Shown in pieces: positions 12,471 to 25,950 of a DNA stretch of 64,000 nucleotides (within the stretch, counting starts at the first letter, position 1; each line of letters starts with the position of its first letter). A program made the position numbers and the translations under genes. Below the pieces are notes generated by a model. That model was not told the origin of the DNA and searched no databases. It worked only from the letters and a program-made list of their open reading frames with translations. The stretch is from assembly GCF_021869535.1 (NCBI RefSeq), contig NW_026262668.1:113832001-113896000 (forward strand), read 5' to 3'. Origin of the DNA: Mytilus californianus. Lineage: Eukaryota.

Positions 12471-12973
12471 ATGGATGTCCTTTTGAGTTCCCTATGTTTA
12501 AACATGGTATATACAAATAAGGAGATGTGGTAATTTCCAATAAGACAACTATCCACAAAAGACCAAATCGACGAGTATGTAAACAACAGCAGGTCAGCAT
12601 TTATCATTTAAGAATTAGTAGAATCCATACCGTATAGTAGTCCCAATTTATGTTGAAGAAATTAAAAGAAAATCAATTGAGACAGACGAAAACCAACTAC
12701 AAACACTAAACAAAAGTCATGGCGCAGCACGTAAAGAGCGTGACTGGATTATGTGTTTGTCAACGAAAACTCCCTTTCAGCATGGGAAAATGATGTAACA
12801 GCACAACATAAGAACAAGCTAAAAACTAGTTGAATAATTGTTGTTGTTTATTTCTTTGAAAAAAAAGAACATTTGTACAGAAACATTATGTTGTGAAAAT
12901 ATATGAAAATATTCAAAATTAACTCAAATGCATTTTGATTGTTTTGTAGTTTTCGAAGTTTTGATCTTGAGAA

Positions 12974-13244
12974 ATGGGGAACAAGAACAGTGTATACGTG
13001 GATGTAAATCTGAAAGACGAATTCTTGTCAGATACTTTAAATTCACATAATAAATATAGATCAATCCATAACAGTCCTCCTCTAACACACGCAGAGGATC
13101 TCAGTGAACTAGCTCATAAAATAGCCTTTTATATTTCTACTAGAAACAAAGACCTAAGAGGTCGACTTACTAAGGATAGAATAGAGAATACACCTGGAGA
13201 AAATACAGCTGTAAAAATATTAACAAGAGACCAAGATTACTCAG
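12974..13244 (+). CDS. GLIPR2: GAPR-1/GLIPR2-like CAP protein, gene 1, coding exon 1 of 3 (183 aa total)
   Basis: Acceptor TTTTGTAG at 12949; MGNKNS.. HNKYR..H..PPL.. GEN; donor G|GTAAAC at 13245 (phase 1). No signal peptide. Confidence 0.85.
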
Positions 13245-14654
13245 GTAAACTCCAGAAAAGACAACAAAACATGAATACTTTGAAACATACATGTGTAACA
13301 ACTTCTATCATTGAAGTTAATATACAAAATAATGTTTCAAGAATTTGTAAACCTACATTTTTAAAGCACGGAGTAATTAATTACAATGAACATACGGAAA
13401 TTCGGAAATAGATTTCCAAAAGCAAAATATACAAATAGTTCTAAGATTGTTTGAATTTAACAAAACATCAAGAAATCAAACTTAACTCAACACATTTTTT
13501 CTCATTATATGGAAATATAAAGGTTTGTGAAGTTTGTATATTACACAACGAACAGTGTTTGTACCAAGTCTGTTATCAAATAGTCCGTTTCTATGTATGT
13601 TGGCATTTGTTTTTGTAGCAGTTCAATGTTTATTTTGTTCCGTTGTTTTCCTCTTATAGTTGATGTGTTTCCCTCGGTTTTGGTTTGTGACCCGGATTTG
13701 TTGCAGTTAAATCGATTTATGACTATTTATTTTGACGGTTCGAAAATTGTAACTAAGTATTATAATCTGAAATCCTGAAAATTTTACATTATTCAAACTG
13801 AGCATCATTCGGTAAAAAAGTTAGGCTAAGTTGTGTTATCTAAATATTATTCAAATTGAATACCAACCGAAGTTAGAAGGAAAATGTTGTGAACATTAGG
13901 GAAAAACAATATAAAACAAATGGAACATAATTTTATGTACAAGAACAGGGAAAAAAATACCTACAGACATATGTTTTCGTGACATAACCGAAAGTTCGAA
14001 ACAAATGGCAACATATGCATCCATTATAGGCCAAATATATAGTTCTGCCTCCCTACGTACCCTAAATTTCCATGCCTAACCTACATATAACACATTTTAT
14101 GGACGTTTTTGGTTACCGACCGTTACAGTCCGGACATTGTTGGTAAAGCATCGTTTAAGTCCGAAACATTTCCCTATATAATCTGTGTACAGTATTTTTT
14201 AAAATGAAATCATTTTACCTGTACCTAACCTATTTTTTCTGCCAGGAGAGAAGAATTAAGTATAAGTTATGTTTGGTGTAATAAAAAAAACTACAAAACA
14301 CGATCCAATAAAGATATCAGACTTATAAGTTGAAAACAACTTCATAACGACGCATGTAAAGATATCGCTGATTAGCGTCAAAGTTTTTGTTACTCGGCCT
14401 TGTGAGAAAATTTTCTATAATGATCAAATTCAAGCATCTAGAACATGCAATTGCAAAAAAATATGACCAATGTAACAGACGTTTCACAATTAACAAGTGG
14501 CAATCACTTATTACATTACCTCCCGATGATTGTCGGACGTGCTGGCCCCGAGGGTATTACCAGCCCAATAGTCAGCTCTTCTGTATTGATATGAAATATC
14601 ATTGTTACGTTAATTTTCTGTATATTCACTGTTAATAACATGTTGACCTATTCG

Positions 14655-14870
14655 AAATTCTAAGGGTTTTCTACTCCAGGCACATATAATTTTAGTCGTA
14701 TTTGGCATAAAACTTTCGAATTCTTGGTTTTTAATGCTCTTTAGTTTCGTATTTGATTTGACCTTCCAACTGTTTTGATTCGAGCGCCATGCACGGATTA
14801 ATCTGAAATAGTCGAAACGCGCGTATAGTGTACCAAATTATAAGTCAGGTATCTTTGACGAGTTTTTATT
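14655..14870 (+). mobile_element. Degenerate family-A retrozyme copy in sense orientation in CAP gene 1 intron 1
   Basis: Retains GTCGAAACGCGCGT (14811-14824) and flanks homologous to the reverse complement of 29929-30194, but the CTGATGA core is lost. Confidence 0.6.
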
Positions 14871-14991
14871 TGTATTTTGTGTATTTTGTTTGAAGTTTTC
14901 AGTGATTACTCATCTCAGTATTGAGCACCTTTTCATTTATAAAGTGTTTTACCTTACAGTAGTATTAGAACTCATTTGGTTTATACTGTAG

Positions 14992-15090
14992 GAGAAGAAG
15001 TTACTGGAGACTGGTATGATGAAATTAAGTACTATAGAAATTATTTTGATAAGGAGCCACCATCAGAGCTGAAAAATCCGGATGTTAAAA
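14992..15090 (+). CDS. GLIPR2: CAP gene 1, coding exon 2 of 3
   Basis: TAG|..|GTAAGT, 99 nt, phase 1-1; GEEVTGDWYDEIKYYRNYFDKEPPSELKNPDVK (WY.E motif). Confidence 0.85.
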
Positions 15091-15867
15091 GTAAGTACAA
15101 ACCCTTTATAGGAAATGCACATATGAATAGATGACTATAAAGTGGATACAATCTTTACTAGTGTAGCAGCAACAAAAATGCTCCTGTTTACTCATCGATA
15201 TAACCCCGTTACAAAATCTGAAGTGTTGATCTTGAAAATACAAAAGAGGGGTAAAATAACCGACCTTGAAAGCGGATTCCCGATTCGTTGTTTCTAAAAT
15301 GAGACGGAAGATACCAAGGGATATCCATAACTCATAAGTCGAAAGAAAATGACTTAGGCTTAAGTTAAAGTTAAGCCCATTATACAACAACTACAATTTT
15401 AATCAAACTGTGTTTCTATCTACAAATAAACTAATTCAAAACACAAATAAAAAGTCATAATACCGTGTTGTAAAATTCACAAGATTTACTTTGGCCATTG
15501 CACAAGATCATCTTTTTGCTCTGTTTGTGCATTTAATTGAATTCTCAATATATTCAGTACTAATTTACTTGTTGCTGTGGTTTCGTTGTCCAGTTTCCTT
15601 GTAGTTATTGAATTACGTGCTATTTAAGGTGATTATTATTTTATATTAATATATTTACCTTTTGTCATTCCACTGAAATATATGCAGAAAGGGGGGGGGG
15701 GGGGGGGGGGGGTTGATTATAAACAAGTTTAGCCTTACACTGGGTCATGGGTTGTCCCTTATCATAATCTTAATCAATGGTAACATTCTTTTATATCAAA
15801 GAACTGGATATTGACGATCAAACTTTGGTAGTCTCAACAAAATTTGTAAACGAACTTAGATTAAAGA

Positions 15868-18800
15868 GACAGGATCTAAGATTTTCCCTCAAACATAGGT
15901 TGAGCATGTTTTTTCAAGGATACAGTACATTTCGAATATAAATTACGAGCGACCGATATCTTGTTTCCTACCTTGACACTATTTTCGCGATATTTAATTT
16001 TTATCGGCAAGTTAATTTTTTGGTACAACAACAAATCATTCAAAACCGGCACATATTCATTTAACTCTCAATTGACCTGATAATGCAAAAGTGCACAAAA
16101 TTCTATAGAATTAAACAATGGATCAACTAATACAAAATGAAATCTTTGTAGACCAACAATTGTGATGCAGTCGGCTCTAAAAAGAAATCATATATAAATT
16201 AATGTCATTTTTTAGAAGACCACGAAAATTATTGATAAAGTGATTATATATATGGTAAAGGTACGATCATGTCTTTTGCTGAAAATGGGGTTTGGTTGAC
16301 ATTTTAACATGTCTGTCTTTATTATGTTATTAGATCGCGGCTTATTGACGTATTCAGTGTCGCCTCTAATTCATAAAAACCTTTCTTTGTAAATAACTAC
16401 GACTATTTTGGCATAAAAAACTAAAAAACTGAGAATGATATTAACACAAGGGAGTGATTCATTGACAGCACACTTGCAAGTGTTCAGTAGTGAAATAAAT
16501 CGTAAAAGATTGCTATTCTACATTTACCAGCTTGCCCTTTTCTTAAATATCAAATACTTTATGCAACGGCAAAAGATTCACATATACAGCAACCCTCAAT
16601 GACGTCCATTTGTTAAATGATTGGCTCGGAAAATCTTATCTGACTTATTGAGCTCTAAGTAGACCCCAGAATTTTAAGATTTTGAAGTATTTCCAAAGAC
16701 TATGTTTCTGTTTTCTTCCCTTTTTTAGCCACGACGTCGTTCATTATTCTTCGATTTATAATGCCACTCCGTCTTAAACTTTTAAAATATGTTTGTTAGT
16801 ATAAGCTTCATCTATCACAATAATACGTAAACTGTATTAAACGTAAATTCTGTTAATATTAATCGCTTTATACCCTACATTTTGCTATTTTGCCGCTTAT
16901 GTCGGGCTTCTATATCAACGATTTATTAATTTTAAAGTTAGACTGAAGATTCTCACTCTCTTATTACAAACCAATGGATTAGGCAAAATCTAAGATTTTA
17001 CCTCAAAAATAAGTTGAAGATGTTTTTTTAAGGATACAGTACATTTCGAATTTAAATTACGAACGACCGATATCTTGTTTCCTACCTTGATACTATTTTC
17101 GCGATATTTAATTTTTATCGGCAAGTTAATTTTTTTTGGTACGACAACCATTCGAAACTCGTCATATATTCATTTAACTCTCAATTTGGCTGATAATGCA
17201 AAAGTGCACAAAATTCTGTAGAATTAAATAACGGGTCAACAACAACAAAAATGGAATCTTGTTACACCAATAATTGTGATGAAATCCGCTGGAAAAAGAA
17301 ATCATATATAAATTATAGCCAAATTTGGCAGAACCACGAATATTATTGATAAAATGATTATATATATGGTATAGACAATATCTTGTCTGTTGCTGAAAAC
17401 CGTGTTTTGTTGACCTTTTAAATTATATGTCTTTATTATGTTATTAGGTCGTGGCTTATTGACGTATTCAGTGTCGCCTATAATTCATAAAACCTTTCTT
17501 TACTTCGACTATTTTGGCTTAAAGTACGAAAAACTGAGAATGATATTTACACAAGGGAGTGCTTCATTGACAGCACACTTGCAGTGTTCAGTAGTAAATT
17601 AAATCGCAATAGATTGCTATTCTACATTTACCGGCTTGCCTTTTTTTTCACATATCAAATACATTATGCAACGGCGAAAGATTCACCTATACAGTAATCA
17701 TCAATGACGCCCGGTTATTAATTGATTGGCTCGGAAAAATCTCATTTGTCTCATTCAGCTCTAAGTAGACCCCAGAATTTTACGATTTTAAAGTATTTCC
17801 ATAGACCATTGTTTCTCTTTTCTTCCCTTTTTTAGCCATGATGTTGCTTATTCTTCTTAGATTTTGATTGCCCCTCCGAATTGTCTTACAATTTTAAATT
17901 CTGTTTGTAAGTAAGCTTCATCTATCAGAGTTATACGTTAACTATATTAGATGTAAATTCTGTTAATATAAATCGCTTTATACTCTACATTTTGCTATTT
18001 TTCCGCTGACATCGGTGCTTCTGTATCAACGATTTATTATTTTAAAGTTAGACTGACGATCCTCACTTTCTTATTACAAACTGATGGATGAATAGATTAT
18101 GTCAAAGATGCATGACAACATATTTGTTCCCTTTTTGTAGGCTCAGTTCAGATATAATTCTCGATTTCTTATTACCAACTAATGGCAGGATCTAAGATTT
18201 TCTCACAAAAAAATGTTGAACTTGTTTTTTTCAAGGATACAGTACATTTCGAATATAAATTACGAGCGACCGATATCTTGTTTCCTACCTTGACACTATT
18301 TTCGCGATATTTAATTTTTATCGGCAAGTTAATTTTTTTGGTACAACAATAAATCATTCGGTACATATTCATTTAACTCTCAATTGACCTGATAATGCAA
18401 AACTGCACAAAATTCTATAGAATTAAACAACGGGTCAACAACAAAAAATTGAAATCTTTGTAGACCAACAATTGTGATGAAATCCGCTCGAAAAAGAAAT
18501 CATATATAAATTATAGCCAAATTTGTCAGGACCACGATAATTATTGGTTAATTGACTATATATATGGTATAGACAATATCTTGTCTGTTGCTGAAAACCG
18601 TGTTTGGTTGACCTTTTGAATTATATGGCTTTATTATGTTATTAGGTCGTGGTTTATTGACGTATTAAGTGTCGCCTGTAATTCATAAAAATCTTCCTTT
18701 GTAAAATACTACGATTCTTTTTGCTTAAAGTACGAAAAACTGAGAATGATATTTACGCAAGGGAGTGCTTCATTGACAGCACACTTGCAGTGTTAAGTAG

Positions 18801-19360
18801 TCAACTACATCGTAATAGATTGCAATTCTACATTTACCGGCTTGCCTTTTTTTCATATATCAAATACAGTGTGAAACGGCGAAATATTATCCTATACAGT
18901 AATCATCAATGACGCCCGGTTATCAAATGACTGGCTCGGAAAATCTCATCTGTCTCATTGAGCTCTAAGTTGAGCCCAGAATTTTACGATTTGAAAGTAT
19001 TTCCATAGACCATTGTTTCTGTTTTCTTCCTTTTTTGAGCCATGATGTTGCTTATTCTTCTTAGATTTTGATTGCCCCTTCGAATTGTCTCACAATTATA
19101 AATTCTGTTTGTAAGTAAGCTTCATCTATCACAATAATACTTTAACTGAATTAAATGTAAATTCTATTAATATTAATCGCTTTATACTCTACATTTTGCT
19201 ATTTTGCCGCTTACGTCGGTGCCTCTGTATCAACGATTTATTATTCTAAAGTTAGACTGACGATTCTCACTTTCTTATTACAAACTGATGGATGAATAGA
19301 TTATGTCAAAGATGCATGACAACATATTTGTTCCCTTTTTGTAGGCTCAGTTCAGATATA
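15868..19360. repeat. Three tandem ~1.1-1.2 kb units in CAP gene 1 intron 2
   Basis: Units start near 15868, 16980 and 18182, each with ATCTAAGATTTT..AAGGATACAGTACATTTCGAAT. They are colinear throughout and have no convincing ORF. Confidence 0.9.
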
Positions 19361-21014
19361 TAACTGGTTTTTTTTTCGTAGCGTTTTGTTCCATAACAAT
19401 TATATATGCCAACATTTTTACTTTAAGTTCGTACGTGTTCTAGTGAATGAAAATATAGATCTGATTTGAGGAAAAAATTGGTCAGAAATCGCCTCTCCTC
19501 CTTCTATCATAAATTGTCCCTTTTTCTACACATATAGTATAATATCGTAAACTTTCGACTCGTATGCGTTTGTAGTAATCAATTATTCTATTCGACAATG
19601 TATATTTCTATCGATCATGGTTATCCTATTTTTGTTGGTATTTTTTAGGCTCCGCACTCTTAGTGGATGACGGTATATATTGTGTACGTGAATTATTTCG
19701 TCCATTTGTTCGTTAGGTCATTCATTTGTTCGTTAATTCGTTCGTTCGTTTATTCGTCCATTCATTTCTTTCGTTCCATCATTCTTCCTTCCCATCTCGG
19801 CATCCGCTTCTGCTTCTTAATCACTAGACAGGATGTAGCGAAACTGTCACATAATTATGTAACGGTCGATCATGTTTGCATGGGGTTTACATATTTTCAG
19901 GAGGAGTCAAGAAATGAGGATATTTCTATACTTCTGTCAACATCTAGGGTTTACTTCCTTAGATTTTTCTTTCATATACATGTATATAAATGAAAATGTT
20001 CATGATGAAATGACGGTATGTACAATATTACTTTTGTTGATAGACTTAAGTACTGGGACCTCACATAGCCGTTATGGGTAAACTAGAAAAATGTTGAGCT
20101 CTTTCGTAATATTCTCTTCTTTTTAGGCGAGTTTTAATACAATAGAGGCATCTAGTATCAATTCTAGTCTCAATTTTGCCAGTTTCAAGTTTCCCAAGAG
20201 ATAAAGACCACACAAAATCGAGCAGTAAAACTGGTGTAGATGGAACATCACACAATTAAGAAAACCCGAAGTGTAATGGTCATCCCTGGACTTCTTCTGT
20301 CCGGGAGTAAAAAAATGCTGAAGAGGGCATCCGTTGGTCTTTGTAGGATGAATACATACGCAGCCGCAACCGTTCGGTTTAGGGACGTTAATTTGGACAA
20401 CTCGTGAAGGGTGAGCGCCACTCAATCTGCATGGTAAAGAACCATTGAACAACTATCTTAGCAGTCTGCAGGTGGCCTGTTGCAAGGCTAAATTTCTGCC
20501 TTTTTCCAACATTTCATCATTTTCCAGTGACAGTCCAAATTTCCCTCTCTTCACACCGTCGGCCTATCTTGTCTGGCCTATCAATTATATTTATTGTTAT
20601 TTTGTTTTCGTCCTGAATATGCATAGAAAGTTTTCCACGGGAAGTTAAGCTTACAACAACCCATCAATCAATCAATCTTTTTTTCTCAGGTCTGTTAGTC
20701 CAATTGTTTACAGATTGTGTAAAGTTCAAATAAACCTTATCGACATTTATTACAATCCGGATCAGTTATGAAATTACACAACTTTATCATGACGCCAGAA
20801 AGCAATTGAAGCTAACTGGGCACTGTTTAAAAAATGTATTGTGCATAAAACTCACAAAAAGAGGCTTATTAAGACCATCGTAATCAATTGAAACAAAGCA
20901 TTTTTATTACTTTTGGTCTTTAACCAATTGGTTCATAAACTATCATAATTTCAATATGTTCCCTTTCTTAACTGTTTCCCTCCCTTGGCTCCTTACTAGT
21001 GATCTTTGTTTTAC

Positions 21015-21962
21015 CGGTGCTTTGCTTTTGCGCCAATCGGGATTTCATTTGCACGACAAACTATATTTCATTTGCACGACAAACTATATTTCATTTGCGC
21101 CAAAATAAAACCTTTCATTTGCGCCAATATTACAGGTAAATACAGGTAAATAGTATAAAAATAGTTTTAATAAAAAGAGACTTTTAATAATAACTTTAAA
21201 ACTCAGTTTTAACTCAGTTTTTGATTGCATAATAAAAAATATTCCTCCGAAATCAGTCATCGTAACCAAAATGAAATAATGTTAAAACACAGTTCGGTTA
21301 TAAATTAACGATATCATAAAACCTAAAAGAAAGCACTATACACTGGAGTAAAACCAAAAGTTTGTTCTGACACAAGACTTGTAAGCAACGGCTCGGATGA
21401 GTATATTACACTGGATAACCTATATGTGTGGTCATAAAAAAAAATACAGACTTATTTCCTCTATATACAAATAAGGAAATGTGGTATGATTGCCAATGAG
21501 ACAACTATTCACCAAAGTTCAAATGAAGTGGATGAAAGCCATTATAGACAAGTCAACCGTACGGCCTTCAAAACCCCATACCGTATAGTCGGTTATAAAC
21601 AGCCCCAACATGAAAAATATGAAACAATCCATTTCTGAGAAAATTAACGGCCTGTTTGTCTCAGAATTGACAATGTCCATCTTGACACCTCAAACATGTG
21701 AACACTATACAATTTTAAATTTAAGTGGCTCTCAGTTTTATATTAAAAAATGAGTATGAACTTACTTATTTACCCAGGGGGAATACACTTAAAAAAATCT
21801 TATTCACGATGTAGCAATGAATATTTAAAAATTTTCCGTTATATGTTACCTACAAAATGGCGAAAATGTAGTTTTTATTTTTTGGCGCAAATGAAATATA
21901 ACCTTGTGGCGTAAATGAAAGATTGGATTTTGCAAAAAATGGCACAAATGCAATGCGCCCTG
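21015..21962. mobile_element. Old MITE-like element with subterminal TTTCATTTGCGCC repeats
   Basis: 23-bp tandem TTTCATTTGCACGACAAACTATA units at the left end, inverted GGCGCAAATGAAA copies at the right end, degenerate TIR. Contains a dispersed-repeat insertion at 21470-21655. Confidence 0.45.
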
Positions 21963-23624
21963 TTTTACACCAACAAGACGTTGTCTAAGTTACTGTTTTT
22001 CTTTCGGATTGGACTAAATAGCAATAACGTCAATGGTATTGTTTACAATTTGTGCTTACAAAAGCATACACTGAATAGTGTTGCAGGATTGAAACGCGTA
22101 CGATAGCATTTGTTTTAGTTTTTTTTGAGAAAAAGATAGCTCATCTGAGATTTGCCCTAATTTTCGTAAAGTTTCATTAATTATCACTAAATAATTTACA
22201 TAGAGTTAAACATGTTAATATTTCAGATTTTATTGAAGATAACAATCCTACTTGACATATAAACATAGTTGCTATTTATCGCTATTTTCTTAAATTTTAC
22301 TACCTTGATCTTTCTGCGCGATAATTTTTCATCTTAAGCTGCTAGATTGAGAACATTTTTTTCTCACTCGCGTAGAGTGTGAAATCGATGACGCTATAGT
22401 ATAAGCCAATGTCAGTTACCCTAACCACATTATTTTGGGTTTACAGGCTTTTATAAGTTCAGGGTAGAAAGTTTAATAAGACTAAAATGATGTGATATCA
22501 TGTAATTATTGGTAACAGAAAGTCGCAGACAGAATTCTTGCCAATACAAATACAAGCAGAATAAATCTACCGCTGGTGGATTGCATATTGCATTAGAAAT
22601 AATTGGCTTACTGTATACATGGTATAGTAGTATACTGACGGACTTTAAAAACGCTACAGATATTTTATTGATTAAAATAAATAAGATTAATCTTCATTTA
22701 ATTGATTTTCATGCTTACTATATTCTTTTTCTGATTAAAAAAAATTATCTGAACTAAACAATGTACCTGAGATAATTGGACATACCGGATTATTGACGTT
22801 GCACAAAGGAGAAGGTCCAATAAGGGCTAGTTTTGGCCTAATATTCGAAGTACATCTAATGAAAGATTTTTTGACATTTTTTAATCAATTTAGTGTCTAC
22901 TTCAGTCGATTCAATAAATTTATGTTAAAGATTTAAACTGATTTGGTCATTAGAGAAGCTCAAATTCACACTTAAATATGCAAAATCTATCAAATATGCC
23001 ATAAGATGTAATTTTTCAGATGTTTTTTTTTGTCTAAAATGGAAGTGGCCGCATTCTTGTTCAGTCTCAACCTTTACGTATGTTATGTATTGTCATCAAA
23101 TACAATATATATTTAAATATAAAGACTGAACACAAATGCACTTCCAATTTAGACAAAAACTGTCTTAAAATTAGGACAAATGCTAAAATTGTGAAGATTT
23201 CAGTAATATTGCACGAATTTATGATGCTATTACCTGCTGCATGTGCATTGTATTGTCAAAAACAGACCATATTTATGGAACAGATGTATTCTAGTTTCCA
23301 ATAAATAGCTAAAAGTTTGCATTTTAAGATATTGGTTAAAATGCTATATTTTGGGACCAAAAGGGGTCTTACCGGGCCTACTCCTTTCTTGACGCTAGAT
23401 TTGAAACCATGCGTGATTTTTAAGGTCTTTTTCTTCATGAAACATTCCTTTGAATCCATACCTTAACTTAATATAAGAATAAGAAGATGTGGTAAGATTG
23501 CCAATAAGACAACTCTCCACTAGAGACCAAATGACATAGAAGTTAACCGCCTTCAGCAATGAGCAAAACCCATTAAGATTCAATCAGTAAGAACTTATTG
23601 CGTTTCCATTTTGCCGAGACTGAG

Positions 23625-24040
23625 CATGTTAAATCTGAATCAAGCTATAAGAATGTTGCATGCAGGAATAAGTCAAATTGATGTTGTTGGACAATTTCAA
23701 GTCAGAACTTAGAATAACGGTACAGGCAGACGGGATTTGTAATTGACCACAAATGACCAGTTCAACCTGTAGTTCCATCATCAAATTAATCAAATTTCAT
23801 AACGCAACGCCATTTGCGAAAGAATTTTACGACTGCAAGTCAACTGCAAATCTAATTGCACGATGTCATCGCAGACAGATTCACGTCAGAAAACATTTTC
23901 CATTTAATGAAATTCAACAGAATCCATTGCAGAAAATGATTTTGAGATTAAGAGTTTAAACTGCATAATTGCCAACACAGACTGCAATGGGCGAGATAGA
24001 GGCATAATCTTCATGGACAAAACTGAGCTCAAAACGACTC
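23625..24040 (+). pseudogene. Tc1-like transposase relic (HTH region to first catalytic Asp)
   Basis: LNQAIRMLHAGISQIDVVGQFQV, then frameshifted remnants HRLQWAR and IIFMD, in Tc1 order. Many stops. Confidence 0.55.
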
Positions 24041-24216
24041 CACATAACTGGTCTACGTCTCTGTCAATTATTTAGGCGTTGGTTTCAAGCAGTTATTGCC
24101 TTTTTAAAACTCGTCAGTATATATGATTACAGTAGTACATGTATTCGATGCAGTCGTTGTAAATATATAACAAATTATTTAGTAATTCTTATTTTTTTTT
24201 TTATTTATCAAAATAG

Positions 24217-24398
24217 ATTTCACAAACTTCACACAACTTTTATGGAGGAATAGCAAAGAAGTCGGATTCGGTAAAATTAAAGCTAACAACCGTGTAATAG
24301 TTGTAGGCTGTTACAGACCAGCAGGAAACATAAAAGGGCAATATCAACAAAATGTTTTACCACCAGTCCAAAAATCTGGTTGTTGTTCTTGCTGTTAA
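24217..24398 (+). CDS. GLIPR2: CAP gene 1, coding exon 3 of 3
   Basis: Poly-T tract then TAG acceptor; (N)FTNFTQLLWRNSKEVGFG..VIVVGCYRPAGNIKGQYQQNVLPPVQKSGCCSCC*. The three exons sum to 552 nt, in frame. Confidence 0.85.
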
Positions 24399-25322
24399 CT
24401 GTGTGAGGAATTCTTGAAATTTTATCAAATTTTCAAAATCTCATTTCTTGAAAGGTTCTTATCAACATCAAAAAGTTTTGAACTACATTTGTTGCTTTAG
24501 AATAGTTCAAGAACATGTATCGAACGTATTCAAGAACTTGTTTTGAACTACTTCCTGACCGGTATTTAATTTATGTAAAGACCTGTCGGGATTTGTTTAA
24601 AATTGGCTTATGAAGTAGTCTTAAAATGAACCAGATCTATAAAAATTGCTCAAGTAACTGAGAGTCGAAAATGAATGTAGAAATTCAACTCTTGATCAAA
24701 TACAAAAAAATGATAAACACAACTATGTAACATGCATTTGCCGTATAAAGTTGAACTGTGATAACTTATTTGTATTAAATTAAATTGAAATAAAAACAAA
24801 ACTTCCATTTAATGTTATCATTTTCTCTCCTTCAATAGCAAACGGTGAGTACAACAGGCTTAAAGAGCTTGGTGTAAAGTTGGTTTAAAAAGTTGCTATG
24901 TGAATAAATTCAATATATTTTTACTGGCTGTAAACCTCTTTGGAACATACCAATTATTCGTATATGTTTGCAGCTATATCAGAGAAGTTCAGGGTGGACA
25001 TTCCAAATGAATCGACTGATATGCAGCAGAGATTAACATTTTTTAGATTTCAGATTCACAAGCTTCTAATGCAATTATCTCGATAAATTCTGAACATAAA
25101 ACATCGTGTAATAACACAGTTTAACAAATAAATTCTTTAAAATGTACGAGTGTTATTAAAAAATAACTTTTGATCAGTGTTGTCACCGGTATTGTTTTTT
25201 TTCTTCATTTTCTCGACGTTTTGAACGAAGAGTGAATTTTCTATTGTTCTCGTTCACTAGATTTCCCACTGTATCTCGAAGCAAAAAAGAAACGAATTTC
25301 CATCGAATGCTCCTGAAAGACA

Positions 25323-25950
25323 ATAATATTCCTTCACGATTAAACGGCATAAAAATTGACTTGAACAAAGAAACCAAATTGAAAATTCAGTTAAAAATGA
25401 AGGAATTGATATGTTCACAAACAAGCGTTGGTTGAAAATTACAGAGAGGGTCTGAGAGACGTGCTTAACATTCCTAATCAAAGACTTACGGTTCATGTGG
25501 ATCTTATAGATAAAATGGTTATGTGTTTACACCTGAATGTTTACTCTGAGTACAACAAACATGTGCAGCTGGAATAGTCTTAAGGCATAGCATGACCTAG
25601 ATAAGTAAATTCAAATGCATTTTATGTATTGGAACATAAAAAAAACTTAACTTGATTTCGCTGTCCACTTTTTTTTTCGTTATTTATATTTATATTTATG
25701 TTTATATCAGATGAAATGACGATCGGCAGTCTTCGGAGGACATCTCGAGGTTTAATTAGATAACGTCTATTCTAAAATACGCATGGAATGCTGATACATT
25801 TTAACGAGTCCAGAGATTGTAAATTGTTTCTTTTGTACTTTTTGTACATATATTGACTCCTATGACACAAAAAAGTAACATATCGTATTGGACTGTCTAT
25901 ATCTTTTGTCGCATTCTTGTCTGAGCTTTCTACTTGGCTGCATATTTTTA
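25323..25950 (+). repeat. Left copy of ~630-bp direct repeat flanking the LINE
   Basis: Matches 28103-28742 end to end, with about a dozen substitutions or small indels. Confidence 0.95.

Noticed and set aside
13245-13411. C-terminal part of ORF 12974-13411
   Set aside because: Read-through past the donor at 13245. CAP similarity resumes only in the spliced exons. The same applies to the ORF-track extensions of the ARSB and CAP gene 2 exons.
15691-15712. 22-nt poly-G run as a functional G-quadruplex
   Set aside because: A simple homopolymer with unreliable length and no supporting context.
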